64,000 nt of DNA from positions 95,032 through 159,031 of the forward strand of contig MGPQ01000005.1 in assembly GCA_001797465.1 (NCBI GenBank), written 5' to 3'. Under the pieces are notes generated by a model. It was not told where the DNA came from. It saw nothing but the letters and a program-made list of their open reading frames with translations, and searched no databases. The stretch comes from Deltaproteobacteria bacterium GWB2_55_19. Its GTDB lineage: Bacteria > Desulfobacterota > GWC2-55-46. The translations under genes and the position numbers were made by a program. Shown in pieces: positions 28,629 to 37,937 of the stretch; position 1 is the first letter of the stretch, and the number at the start of each line of letters is the position of its first letter.

Positions 28629-29708
28629 TCATTGGAAGTCGCCTACAATAGTTGTGCACCTACAACCAATATCGCATGTGCATTTTGCGTAAGGAAGCTC
28701 AGGCACACTCTCCACTTTGTACTTCTTTCCACCGATCTTTTGACATTCTGCGCAAGTATTCCCGTCATCGACGCTGCTCACTTCGACTGTCTTAACCCGA
28801 GCTTCCTTGTAACCCGCCATATTGCGGAGGTGGGCGGCATAAAAGACAAACATTCGGCAAGCAGCATCGCTGTCCAGGCGGCTGCCTGTTTCAAAATCAT
28901 CCGGCAGCCAACGTCCTGCGATGTTTATACCCCACAACTGCATCATCGCGGCGGATAGACGCAATTTGTCGAGTCGATCTTCCTCTATATCCTTCAAGAT
29001 TTCTGGCGTCCTTTCAAAAATTATCTTTAACGACTCGACACCTGGTTCAACATCGTAGTCTTTCCAGTCGATTCCGAGGCCACGCGGAAATATTTGATAA
29101 GTTTCATACTGAGCAACGATACGAACGGCTTTCGAGAACTCTTTCCTCACTAGAAGGTCAACAACGTCACGCTCTGCAGCGTCTCTCTTTGCTTTTTCGC
29201 CTTCGAGATAATGCTCTGCGAGCCGCATCCCCTCTTTTGTGCATCGGTATATATCAAGGCCCTTCGTTGCGTCACGCATTGATTGCTCGTCGTTCTCAAT
29301 GAGGCGCTGGATAAGTTCTTCCTTGCGGCCGGAAATCTTTAAACCCCTCTCCTTTAGCATCGGTTTAAGATCGGAGACCTTGAATTTATAGTCCACGAGT
29401 TCTTGCAATCCCGCCGGTTCCAGCACCCCTTCTTTAAGAAATTGCTCAATGACTTTAAGAGGTTTTTCCTTGAGTACTGTTTCCCAATATTCGGCACCAC
29501 GGTATCTATCGGTGGAATCACCGCTTCGGAATTTGCTCAATAGAAGCAAATGTGCTGGCGAGTTTCTCCAATCCTTCTTACGCAACCAACCAAACATGCC
29601 CCTTCCTCTCTTGTGTGCCCTAACGTTTTGGTGAGCGGCGCGGCAATTAGAGGCGTCCGCTGTCTGCCAAGAAGTTGTTGCCCGTGCTTCTGCCGCTCTG
29701 GGCTGCAT
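28629..29708 (-). CDS. SAP-domain protein with C-terminal Cys cluster
   Basis: A SAP motif LKPMLKERGLKISGRKEELIQRLI is present. The C-terminus has CAECQ...CTCDIGCRC. Confidence 0.45.
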   Translation of the reverse strand: MQPRAAEARATTSWQTADASNCRAAHQNVRAHKRGRGMFGWLRKKDWRNSPAHLLLLSKFRSGDSTDRYRGAEYWETVLKEKPLKVIEQFLKEGVLEPAGLQELVDYKFKVSDLKPMLKERGLKISGRKEELIQRLIENDEQSMRDATKGLDIYRCTKEGMRLAEHYLEGEKAKRDAAERDVVDLLVRKEFSKAVRIVAQYETYQIFPRGLGIDWKDYDVEPGVESLKIIFERTPEILKDIEEDRLDKLRLSAAMMQLWGINIAGRWLPDDFETGSRLDSDAACRMFVFYAAHLRNMAGYKEARVKTVEVSSVDDGNTCAECQKIGGKKYKVESVPELPYAKCTCDIGCRCTTIVGDFQ

Positions 29709-30031
29709 TATGCCGTAACTGCTTTAGAACGGCGTGATTTTTCCGGTTCAATACTGATTTTCAAACCAACAACATGAAGTAGATTGAAAACGCTTTTAAG
29801 TTCCGGATTGCCTTTCTTAGAAAGCATACGATAAAGGCTTTCTCGATTTATATGCGCTTTTTTTGCGATCGTAGACATTCCGCCGTGAGCCTGAGCCACG
29901 TTTCGCATTGCCAAGAGAAACACCTCTTTATCTCCGTCCTCGATAGCCGCATTAAGATATGCGGCTGCCTCGCGAGGATCTTTTAACGCCTCAATCAGGT
30001 CTTCCTGATAACTCGTGATTTTTTTTGTCAT
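29708..30031 (-). CDS. addiction-module antidote protein (HigA-like, TIGR02684-type HTH)
   Basis: EALKDPREAAAYLNAAIEDGD...MSTIAKKAHINRESLYRMLSKKGNPELKSVFNLL is the typical antidote pattern. It overlaps the toxin stop by 4 nt. Confidence 0.75.
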   Translation of the reverse strand: MTKKITSYQEDLIEALKDPREAAAYLNAAIEDGDKEVFLLAMRNVAQAHGGMSTIAKKAHINRESLYRMLSKKGNPELKSVFNLLHVVGLKISIEPEKSRRSKAVTA

Positions 30032-30360
30032 TGTTCCCTCTCTTTATGGTCTTCCCAGTAAGCTTTTGCCTGTAAGATATCTTTTTTCTGCGTTGATTTG
30101 TCACCGCCGAGCAGCAACAATACCACTGTCTTTCCGTTCAGCGCGTAGTAAACCCTGTACCCTGGGCCGTAATCAATCTTTAATTCATATACCCCTTCAC
30201 CGACATTGCGATTCTTGCCTAAATTACCGAGTCTGACTCTATCCAATCTTATGCGAATTTTTGCCCTTGTAATGCCGTCTAACCCGTCCACCCATTCCTT
30301 GAACGGCTTCTTGTTGGTTGCTGTCAGGTAATACTCGATAGTGTACGGATACGTTTCCAT
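30028..30360 (-). CDS. addiction-module killer protein (RelE/HigB superfamily, Gp49-like TIGR02683 type)
   Basis: FKEWVDGLDGITRAKIRIRLDRVRLGNLGKNRNVGEGVYELKIDYGPGYRVYY..LLLLGGDKSTQKKDI matches the killer-protein family. Confidence 0.75.
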   Translation of the reverse strand: METYPYTIEYYLTATNKKPFKEWVDGLDGITRAKIRIRLDRVRLGNLGKNRNVGEGVYELKIDYGPGYRVYYALNGKTVVLLLLGGDKSTQKKDILQAKAYWEDHKEREQ

Positions 30361-30365
30361 TAGTT

Positions 30366-30387
30366 TTATTGTAGCTTATAAGCTACG
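30366..30387. promoter_or_regulatory. perfect 16-bp palindrome GTAGCTTATAAGCTAC immediately upstream of the toxin-antitoxin operon (candidate operator)
   Basis: The inverted repeat TTGTAGCTTATAAGCTACGCAA lies 6 bp upstream of the toxin start. Confidence 0.45.
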
Positions 30388-30477
30388 CAAAATCAAGTCT
30401 TTTTATATCCTTTTTTATCCATTTAAAAACCCTTATTAGGCACTCTCAAGGAGATGAATCCTGAAATGAAAAATACG

Positions 30478-30515
30478 AAAAAAAGCCCGAAGGAAACCCT
30501 CGGGCTGATTCATCT
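30478..30515 (-). terminator. intrinsic terminator after dnaN-like gene
   Basis: On the minus strand the hairpin GCCCGAGGGTTTCCTTCGGGC is followed by TTTTTTTCGTATTTTTC. Confidence 0.5.
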
Positions 30516-30585
30516 TTTGCTTCAGTATCAGAAAACTACCACACAGAACCGCAAATCAAATCCCAGGACGCCTGATTTGTGTTTA

Positions 30586-31674
30586 TCAGTTCATTACGGG
30601 CATTATTAGGTTGAAATACCCAGTCGTATCCGCCGGCTTAACGACTATCGCACTGGCCTCGTCCTTAAATTCCAGCCTGACCTTCTCTCCTTCTACAGCC
30701 CTTACCGCTTCGGTCAAGTAGGAAGAGTTGACCTTTATCTTCAGGCTCTCTCCGCTATACTCGGCCTCGGATTCCTCTGTCTCATCGCCTATATTCGAGA
30801 GCGAGGATATGGTCAGGCCCTGCGGATTCATATCGAGTGTCACCATGGAATTCCTGTTCTCGAGTATGATCATCGCGCGTCGCAGCATGGCCATTAATGC
30901 CTCTCTCGACATGACAAGAACCCTGTTGTTTACGCTCTCTCCCGGAACAGCCTTCTTGTAATCCACGAAATCAGCGTGTATCAAGGAGACAACTACCTTG
31001 ATGTTACCGTCTCTCAGAACGAAATAGGTCTTATCCGCCCCGATCATAACGGTTCCTTCCGCCTTTTTAAGAAGGCGCTGGACTTCACGGACACCTGCTT
31101 TCGATATAAAAAGACTGTCTTTCAGCTCTATTGGACCCTCAATACATGCCAGCCTGTAACCATCGGTGGCGACAGCCCTTGCAGCAGTTGTCCCGTCTTT
31201 CTCAAGAAAGAGCCCGTTGATAAAAATCCTGTCATTTGCTATGGGAACCGCGAATACGGTCTTCTCTATCATCCCCCTGAAAGTCTTGCCATCCACCGGA
31301 TACATAGCGCTTTCGTCGATGGAAGGAAAGGAAGGATAATTGTCAGGAACAGGAACCTTTCCGTTGAAAGAGACTCTGGTCTTCTCCGACTTAGCCGTTA
31401 ACTTCGCTTCCTTGGCTGAAAGGGCCACGGAGTCACCCGAAAAAGTCTTCAAAACCTCGTAAAATTTATTGGCATTGACCAGAAATGCACCATCCTTGGC
31501 TATATCTGCCACATCTGTCATAGCAGACAGATAAACACCATCCTTCACGATCTGCACCTTCGCGGTCAGATGGCCAGACGAAGCCTCTAACAACAACTCA
31601 TCGGTATCCCCGACCGTTGATGCCACGATGTCGAGAACGCGCTGTAGTTCCTTTTTGACAACCATTATTTTCAT
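30586..31674 (-). CDS. dnaN: DNA polymerase III beta sliding-clamp homologue (divergent)
   Basis: A 362-aa protein with three-domain clamp architecture. It carries ATDGYRLA and the C-terminal YFNLIMPVMN motif. Confidence 0.7.
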   Translation of the reverse strand: MKIMVVKKELQRVLDIVASTVGDTDELLLEASSGHLTAKVQIVKDGVYLSAMTDVADIAKDGAFLVNANKFYEVLKTFSGDSVALSAKEAKLTAKSEKTRVSFNGKVPVPDNYPSFPSIDESAMYPVDGKTFRGMIEKTVFAVPIANDRIFINGLFLEKDGTTAARAVATDGYRLACIEGPIELKDSLFISKAGVREVQRLLKKAEGTVMIGADKTYFVLRDGNIKVVVSLIHADFVDYKKAVPGESVNNRVLVMSREALMAMLRRAMIILENRNSMVTLDMNPQGLTISSLSNIGDETEESEAEYSGESLKIKVNSSYLTEAVRAVEGEKVRLEFKDEASAIVVKPADTTGYFNLIMPVMN

Positions 31675-31708
31675 CTACTTCCTCCTTTTCTCTAAAAAAC
31701 GCCTGACT

Positions 31709-33292
31709 TCAGGCGATATTTAAGGTTTTGACACCTTTCTTCGTCTTCAGAGTCATGATTCTTTCACTGATATCGATGGAGACAACCTCATGTGGAGAAA
31801 CACCCGCAATTGACAATCCATCCAGCAGGTCGTATATCCTGTACGTCCCGGTGATAGCCATAACGTCCTTCCGTATATCTTCATCGAAGTCATATTTCTG
31901 ACTGTCCCACTGGTCCCCGTCCTCGGAATAGACCCGATTGTCAAAGAAGACGTCAGACACCCCGTAAACATCCTCGGGAGTATCCGCGTAGAAGACATAA
32001 CCGTCACAATAATCCTGGGCTACGGCCACTGCCTTTATGCCCATGTCGGAATCTATGTCGGCCTTGAACCATGTAAGCCGGCCGCAATATTTGCTCTCCG
32101 CATCAGGCACGACTCTAACGGCGCGCTTTCTGTTAAGCGACTTCAGCCATTCAGGACGCCTTTCCGGTAGATTTACGGCCGTTACCGCCCCTTCCGGGAG
32201 GCATACGCCTTCTTCGTCGAATTCGTATGCCTCAATGCCTTCCAGAACCAGCTCTTCGTTAACCGGCAGGGGGTCGCCTCTGCCGATTATGCGGATCTCA
32301 TGGTCCCTGCCTGAGCCATAAGAGCCGTCATGGTGAGGCTCGTATACTTCCACGTAGAACCTGTCGAGGTTGTTAAGCTCATCCTGCGTTCCCAACGCCC
32401 CCATGATTTTCATCCTTTTCTCAAGTTCATGAAAAGGGATCTCCTTCTTAAGGTCGTTAATCGCGGACATGGACTCCTTGACGACCGTATCTCTCACGAA
32501 CTGCCAGAATGCCTCAAGCTTCCCGTCGTGTTTAACAGTCCTACGGTAAGGCAGCACAGGAGTCACCGGAGACCCGTTCACCACGTCCATAACCACGGAT
32601 GGACGCCATCTAAGGTTATGATTTATAGGAATGCCGTACCAGACGACGAACATCTCCCTCACCAGCTTTTCAGGGACATCGTAAAAGGAACAGTCCAGCT
32701 TGATGTATACCGGGTTGGACTCATACATCGTCTTTATGCCGTAGTCGCCAAATTGCTCTTCTGCCTTTTTTTCAGGTAAACGGGTCCCGTTGATTATTAT
32801 GTCTAACGGGAACCACTGGAGCAGTTCCTGATCCAGCACCTTATCTTTCACCTCTGACCTGAGGCGCGCCTCTATGACAAAACCATCAAAGCGCATATCC
32901 GGATTTATGCCTTCCAGCACACTCAGCCTGTATTCATGGTCTACAAGATACCTCTTACAATCAACCCTGACCGTGCCGAACCTGCTCGTGAAGACGACTT
33001 CCTCCGAAATGCTGTAGAGAAAGAACAGGCCCCAGCCGGCTGGCTTTTGGTTCTCTTCGACTTCCTCGGGCCAGTTGGAATCAGCCAGCACAAAAAGGGA
33101 CATTGGGTCAACAGCACCGGAACCGTTATCGATAGTTTTAAGCACTCCGTCCTTCAGCGTTATATTCAGCCCGGTTGCCCCTGAACGGACCGCGTTCTGG
33201 GCTATTTCAACCAACACCGACGAAGGGTGGTCGAAGAAGTAAGGCAGAAGATTAAAAAGCCGCTCCTCGTTTATGGTTTTCTGCAGTTGCAT
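31709..33292 (-). CDS. GHKL/HATPase_c (Bergerat-fold) ATPase, MORC/MutL-like N-domain, unknown C-terminal region
   Basis: An N-box VEIAQNAVRSGAT (E-x3-N-A) and a G1 box IDNGSGA (DxGxG) lie near the N-terminus. The protein is 527 aa. Confidence 0.5.
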   Translation of the reverse strand: MQLQKTINEERLFNLLPYFFDHPSSVLVEIAQNAVRSGATGLNITLKDGVLKTIDNGSGAVDPMSLFVLADSNWPEEVEENQKPAGWGLFFLYSISEEVVFTSRFGTVRVDCKRYLVDHEYRLSVLEGINPDMRFDGFVIEARLRSEVKDKVLDQELLQWFPLDIIINGTRLPEKKAEEQFGDYGIKTMYESNPVYIKLDCSFYDVPEKLVREMFVVWYGIPINHNLRWRPSVVMDVVNGSPVTPVLPYRRTVKHDGKLEAFWQFVRDTVVKESMSAINDLKKEIPFHELEKRMKIMGALGTQDELNNLDRFYVEVYEPHHDGSYGSGRDHEIRIIGRGDPLPVNEELVLEGIEAYEFDEEGVCLPEGAVTAVNLPERRPEWLKSLNRKRAVRVVPDAESKYCGRLTWFKADIDSDMGIKAVAVAQDYCDGYVFYADTPEDVYGVSDVFFDNRVYSEDGDQWDSQKYDFDEDIRKDVMAITGTYRIYDLLDGLSIAGVSPHEVVSIDISERIMTLKTKKGVKTLNIA

Positions 33293-33377
33293 TTAACAAC
33301 CCCCTTTTCTTTTACAATTTTTAATGCCGTTAAAATAAAACCTCGCCTTACGTTTTCTCCATAGTCCTCCTTTTTTT

Positions 33378-33458
33378 GAAATAAAAAAAAGCCACAGGAA
33401 AATTCCTATGGCTTTTTATTCGTTCACCTACTGAAAAAACTACATGTCTATATATTAC
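33378..33458 (-). repeat. conserved intergenic element, copy 5
   Basis: It has the hairpin GCCACAGGAAAATTCCTATGGC plus the core. A 4-codon mini-ORF (MEKT) follows the hairpin on the minus strand. Confidence 0.75.
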
Positions 33459-33472
33459 TTCAGACTACAACT

Positions 33473-34588
33473 TCATCTCTCTTCCGGGTAAAGCACCGTA
33501 ACCACCCATCCTCCCGGATGGCGCTCAGGGAAACCCCATATCTCGCCTGTAGGATGGGATACTTTTATGATCCCGGAAATCCCCTCGTCAAACTTCTTTT
33601 TCACTTTGCTCATAATCTCGTCGACATCGGGCAGGGCCGCAACAGTTTGAGTCGCTACGTAAGTCGCTTTCCGCGGTTTGCTCTTTTTGTCTTGATACTC
33701 CGGCGGGACAGGACATCCCACCAGGTTAAGGAACCTTAACATGAACTCTTCGCTCCAATCGCCGCAGTTGCCGCAATACGCCATGCCCGACACCTCATCA
33801 CATGAGGACAGATACTGCCTTGCCTCTTCGACTGTCTGAGGGTCCTTACTATAGCAATTCGCACAGACTGGACAGATCGGATGACCGCAGGAAGGGCATT
33901 CAAGGACTTCGGACCTCAACACAGGGACCTTATATATAGCCCTCCCGCCGTGTATATCGCAATAAAATCCGGTTACTCGGATAAGCTTCCCTACAGCCTC
34001 TCTTTCGAGCTTCTTGATTTCCATGCCCAGCTCAAGACTCTGTTCCTCCCCTTCCTTCATTTTCTCACGGAGCGCCAAGACCCTGTTCGCAACATCAACA
34101 GGGATTTCAGCCTTATCGCTTTCGGTGCCTGGTACATACTTCCCGTTGGCCATGAGGGGATATTTTACAAGCCCCATTTGCAGAGCGACCTCAATGTCGT
34201 CTTTATGGTCAAAATGATCCCAGAGAACCCCGGTCTGTGCGTCAGAACAAGCCCTATCAAACGCCCAGCTCTCAATGTATTCATTTTCCTCAATCCCAGG
34301 ACATTCATTGGAAAACAGCCACTCCTTTATCTCGTTGTCACTCTTGCCGGAAAGCTCCGGGTGACCTTTTACAATGCCGTCAAGGTCGTCTTTATCAAGC
34401 TCGTTCCAAAGACATTCATTGATAAAGGCATCTCTGCATTCTCCGCCCTGACACGCCTCCTTTTCATAAAACTTGACTTGCTCCGCTACTGATTCATCAA
34501 AAGACTTCTGGTCCAGCGAATCCCACAACGTCTTCCCTTCTCTCCCTGTGAGTTCATAGCAATACTTTACGCCTTCCGCCATAGACAC
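33473..34588 (-). CDS. Cys-rich hypothetical protein (multiple CxxC zinc-binding clusters)
   Basis: CPSCGHPICPVCANC...CGNCGDW clusters are present. It has its own intergenic element (copy 6) upstream. Confidence 0.4.
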   Translation of the reverse strand: MSMAEGVKYCYELTGREGKTLWDSLDQKSFDESVAEQVKFYEKEACQGGECRDAFINECLWNELDKDDLDGIVKGHPELSGKSDNEIKEWLFSNECPGIEENEYIESWAFDRACSDAQTGVLWDHFDHKDDIEVALQMGLVKYPLMANGKYVPGTESDKAEIPVDVANRVLALREKMKEGEEQSLELGMEIKKLEREAVGKLIRVTGFYCDIHGGRAIYKVPVLRSEVLECPSCGHPICPVCANCYSKDPQTVEEARQYLSSCDEVSGMAYCGNCGDWSEEFMLRFLNLVGCPVPPEYQDKKSKPRKATYVATQTVAALPDVDEIMSKVKKKFDEGISGIIKVSHPTGEIWGFPERHPGGWVVTVLYPEER

Positions 34589-34597
34589 CTCCGTTTT

Positions 34598-34682
34598 TGA
34601 AATAAAAAAAAGCCACAGGAAAATTCCCGTGGCTTTTATGTTCGTGAGACCTACTGAAAAAACTACATGCCTATATATTACC
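34598..34682 (-). repeat. conserved intergenic element, copy 6
   Basis: It has the hairpin AGCCACAGGAAAATTCCCGTGGCT plus the core. The stop codon of the E1 gene lies inside the core. Confidence 0.75.
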
Positions 34683-35453
34683 TTTGATTCTCTTCCAGGC
34701 TTCGGGGTCGACCGGCAGTGGGTTCACTCTCATCGACTTGAGGTCGATAAAGCACCCGTGATTCTCAAGATGCCCCTGCCTGAAGCCTGTCCAGAGCAAC
34801 TGCACGGCCCAGGATGCGACAATCGTGTTTACCAGCAGGTCCTGATGTTCCAGAGCCACTGCAAGCGAACACGAGGGGCCCTGGGCCTTTTCCTTAACTT
34901 TCGTAAGATCATAAAGTTCGTCTACAGACGGCAAAACTGCTACAGCGTCTCTCCCTGGCGGCTGCGGTATATCCTTGAGAGACCCCAGTATCACCTGGCC
35001 AGTATCCCTTGTATTCCCAGTGTCGAGCCAGTAAAGACAGTGCGAGTCCAAACGGGCTGCCCTCCCGATAACCGTACGAGCCCTGGCCGAATCCACGGCG
35101 GATATCAGGATTGACGGTCGCACAGTATCGTCCGACCTGGAGCCATCGAAGGCGAAGGGACAGGCCTTCCAGGAGAACCCCATGAACTGGTTTATTTTAG
35201 TTACCGAGACCACCGCCTTGTTCCGTCCGACATCGAGCGGGGAGAAGTTCTGCCGCGCGATATTGGCTTCGCTAACATTGTCGTCGTCAAAAACCGACAC
35301 ATTCAGGCCGGGATGCCTTAACTGACATAGGGCGTAATGGAGCCTTGCCAGCCCGGTAAGTATCTGGCTACCGGTGCCGCCGCAACCTACAAGCGCGACA
35401 TAAACAGGTCCATCGGCTGCGGTTATCTCTTTATGCAGATAGTGTTTTTTCAT
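34671..35453 (-). CDS. ThiF/MoeB-family E1-like ubiquitin-activating enzyme homologue
   Basis: The nucleotide-binding Gly loop YVALVGCGGTGSQI is present. The 260-aa size fits a minimal E1. Confidence 0.75.
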   Translation of the reverse strand: MKKHYLHKEITAADGPVYVALVGCGGTGSQILTGLARLHYALCQLRHPGLNVSVFDDDNVSEANIARQNFSPLDVGRNKAVVSVTKINQFMGFSWKACPFAFDGSRSDDTVRPSILISAVDSARARTVIGRAARLDSHCLYWLDTGNTRDTGQVILGSLKDIPQPPGRDAVAVLPSVDELYDLTKVKEKAQGPSCSLAVALEHQDLLVNTIVASWAVQLLWTGFRQGHLENHGCFIDLKSMRVNPLPVDPEAWKRIKGNI

Positions 35454-36045
35454 CTAGAACACCCCTAAAAGTGAAAAAATGGCCTTCTATGCACAACCTT
35501 ACCTTAAGATTCGGTTGCATATTTTTGTCGAAGCTTATGACCCCTGAAAAACGTATCCCTCCCATGTCGTCATGGTCATCGACTCCGCTGAAGGCGGTCA
35601 TATCGAATGGGTGGCTGTGGAGGTCGACGACAAGATGACCTCCGTTAAGCTCCGGATACTCGTAGCTCACCGAGGAAGACGACTCTTTTATTATTGTCGG
35701 TTCCACGAAACGATACCCGTCAAGAGCGCCCCATACTATCCACCCAGCCCACTCAAGCCCCTTTCTAGCTTTATTCCTGGCAACCTCGATACTACGGTCC
35801 AGCAGAGACAGGGGGAGCTGTCCACTCTCAAGACGGTAAATATATTCCGCCTCCCCGTATGGCAGCGACCGTAGTGACTTCCATAAAGGAAGCCTGAAAT
35901 GCCCCCACGGGACCTTTGCCTCGACCCACAGCCCGTCAAAAGCCATCAGATACCTGTATCCCCCTTCAATTGCAGGGAGCTCGGAATACCTCGGCACCAT
36001 GACGACCGGACAGGCTTCCTGTATGATCCTGTCCTTAATATCCAT
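35431..36045 (-). CDS. JAB/MPN (JAMM) metalloprotease, deubiquitinase-like
   Basis: There is an exact JAMM motif H-S-H-x7-S-xx-D in VVDLHSHPFDMTAFSGVDDHDD. Confidence 0.75.
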   Translation of the reverse strand: MDIKDRIIQEACPVVMVPRYSELPAIEGGYRYLMAFDGLWVEAKVPWGHFRLPLWKSLRSLPYGEAEYIYRLESGQLPLSLLDRSIEVARNKARKGLEWAGWIVWGALDGYRFVEPTIIKESSSSVSYEYPELNGGHLVVDLHSHPFDMTAFSGVDDHDDMGGIRFSGVISFDKNMQPNLKVRLCIEGHFFTFRGVLDEKTLSA

Positions 36046-36748
36046 TTGTCACTCTTCTCCTTAAATCAGACAGCAGGTCGGAAACCGTCCTGCAACTACG
36101 GGACGGGACAAGTTGAGAGTCAGGGAACCTGGAAGCCCCTGATTTGACAAGACCGTCCCAGAACTCGGTCAAGGAGCCCGTCTTGACTCTATTTTCCTCC
36201 TGAACCTCTGAAAAACTGCTCTCGAAGAAAGCCTTTTCCCATCCACCGTAATCAAACGATCTTTCCGGGAGGGAGCTGTTGCCGAGGCACACATCAGAAC
36301 CGTGCATGTTCGGAAAAGGCGCGACATAAAGCCTCGTCTTCAGACCAGGCCTCTTGGTGCCCTTGACCGCATGGACCTTGAGATGTCCCCCATGTGTGAC
36401 AAAAACAAGACTCGGCCAAGGCGCATTCCCGCTCTTTGCATCGAGTTTCTCGAAGAAGATGTGCTTTACACTGCCTGGAACCCACCACACGTCGGGCCCC
36501 ATCGCCGAGCCTGAAGACGCAAGGACCCCGGCATCGATAAACCTCAGACTGTCGGATACGAGTCCGGGAAGTAGCTGCCTGCATAAAGCAGTCAGGTCCT
36601 CCAGCGTATACGGAACCCCTTCAAGCAGCATAGATCTGCCGTCCTGTTCCATGACCTTATGCCTTTGAAGATACATACTGTTGCCGTAGTACCCGTTAAA
36701 GGCCGAATACACGAGTATCGCCTCTGACAGCTTGTATTCGGTTAACAT
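36035..36748 (-). CDS. E2-like (UBC-fold) ubiquitin-conjugating enzyme homologue candidate
   Basis: FPNMHGSDVCLG resembles the E2 HPN..G..ICL active-site motif (PN followed 6-7 residues later by the catalytic Cys). It is positioned like BilB/E2 in E2-JAB-E1 operons. Confidence 0.45.
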   Translation of the reverse strand: MLTEYKLSEAILVYSAFNGYYGNSMYLQRHKVMEQDGRSMLLEGVPYTLEDLTALCRQLLPGLVSDSLRFIDAGVLASSGSAMGPDVWWVPGSVKHIFFEKLDAKSGNAPWPSLVFVTHGGHLKVHAVKGTKRPGLKTRLYVAPFPNMHGSDVCLGNSSLPERSFDYGGWEKAFFESSFSEVQEENRVKTGSLTEFWDGLVKSGASRFPDSQLVPSRSCRTVSDLLSDLRRRVTNGY

Positions 36749-36751
36749 AAT

Positions 36752-37933
36752 CTACTCCTTTCCTTTAGTGTTGAAAAAGCCGAACACCCTGCATAGACGC
36801 GCAAGCGTCCGCAATGTGTGCTTCAATTCGGAGACCTGGCGTTCCATTTGAGCTCCGGACTTAAACGGGATTTCCCAGTGACAGACGATATCGGAACCTG
36901 ATCCACTCTGCATAATGTTATCTATCTCTTCGCAGTAGTATTTAGTCACGGCATCTCTGTCATCAAAATCGTATAGGATGGAAAACATAAGCTCAGGCCT
37001 CAAACTCTCGTCTTCACAAACATCATGGATATTCCTGATCGCCGCAACCGGGTCATCTTCAAGAAATTCGATAACGGTTTTGAACCAATCGCAGTACCCC
37101 TTTTCAAAACCGTTTTTCGGTTTGAAGCGAGAGACATCTTTCTTAAAGGTTTTAAGTCTCTTTTTCACTTCCAAGCGTGAAGAGAAAAACCGGACAGCCG
37201 GATATGCCTTGATAGCGGCATAGGATTCCCGGTAGCGCTTGATATCCTCCTCGTCGTAGTTTCCCGGAACTTCCAGCTCAGGCAAAATGCAGTTCTCGTA
37301 AAAATCCTCGGCAGCATCCCTGATATCTCTCCATGTGTAACAAATGGTCCCCAACAGCTTCACCGCCTCGTCAAACATACAGGAAATCAGTTTTCCCCCG
37401 GAATCCAGTTCTCTTTTCTGCGCCAGATATACGAACGACAAAATATCGGAAACGGTGGTCTCAAAGGTCAATCCTAAAGAACCGTCATTACAACCGGTTA
37501 TAGACACCAGCACTCCGTTCCCATATGCCGACGAATACCCGTTAAGCTCGTCTGCAAGACACTTCGTCATATCAAGCACGAGCCTTGTGACACAGGCGCG
37601 ATCCTCCCAGTTCATTGAAATGCCCGGATTGACCTGAAGAATCGTTCTTGCAAGACCCTTGATGAAGAACTTGAGCTCCTTGTCCGAGAAAAACCCGACT
37701 TCAGGCCAGAAAGATGCCGGGGCGTTCAACTCGGGAAGCGCCAGCGCGGTAAAGGGAGGCAAGGTTACCGGCAGATTCACGGGTATAAGGAACTTTCCCC
37801 CGCTGCTCCGGCGCGCCAGCCTTTCAAACCCCTGTTGGACTTTTCTATCCGAAAAACCCGGATATGTTTCCCCTCTGGTCGAAAGAAAGGGGCGCCATCT
37901 GACTCCCCGCTGAAAGGAATTCAGGGTGAGCAT
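36752..37933 (-). CDS. hypothetical protein (393 aa) upstream of the E2/JAB/E1 genes
   Basis: There is no confident motif. GSLGLTFETTVSD is only weakly Pol-beta-NTase-like and lacks the second acidic residue. Confidence 0.35.
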   Translation of the reverse strand: MLTLNSFQRGVRWRPFLSTRGETYPGFSDRKVQQGFERLARRSSGGKFLIPVNLPVTLPPFTALALPELNAPASFWPEVGFFSDKELKFFIKGLARTILQVNPGISMNWEDRACVTRLVLDMTKCLADELNGYSSAYGNGVLVSITGCNDGSLGLTFETTVSDILSFVYLAQKRELDSGGKLISCMFDEAVKLLGTICYTWRDIRDAAEDFYENCILPELEVPGNYDEEDIKRYRESYAAIKAYPAVRFFSSRLEVKKRLKTFKKDVSRFKPKNGFEKGYCDWFKTVIEFLEDDPVAAIRNIHDVCEDESLRPELMFSILYDFDDRDAVTKYYCEEIDNIMQSGSGSDIVCHWEIPFKSGAQMERQVSELKHTLRTLARLCRVFGFFNTKGKE

Positions 37934-37937
37934 ATAT

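Noticed and set aside
36752-37933. 393-aa protein as a CD-NTase (which would make the E2/JAB/E1 set a type II CBASS)
   Set aside because: Only a weak GS-x10-SD match. The second acidic residue of the hG[GS]..Dh[DE]h motif is absent (DIL). E1 and E2 are separate genes rather than a Cap2 fusion.
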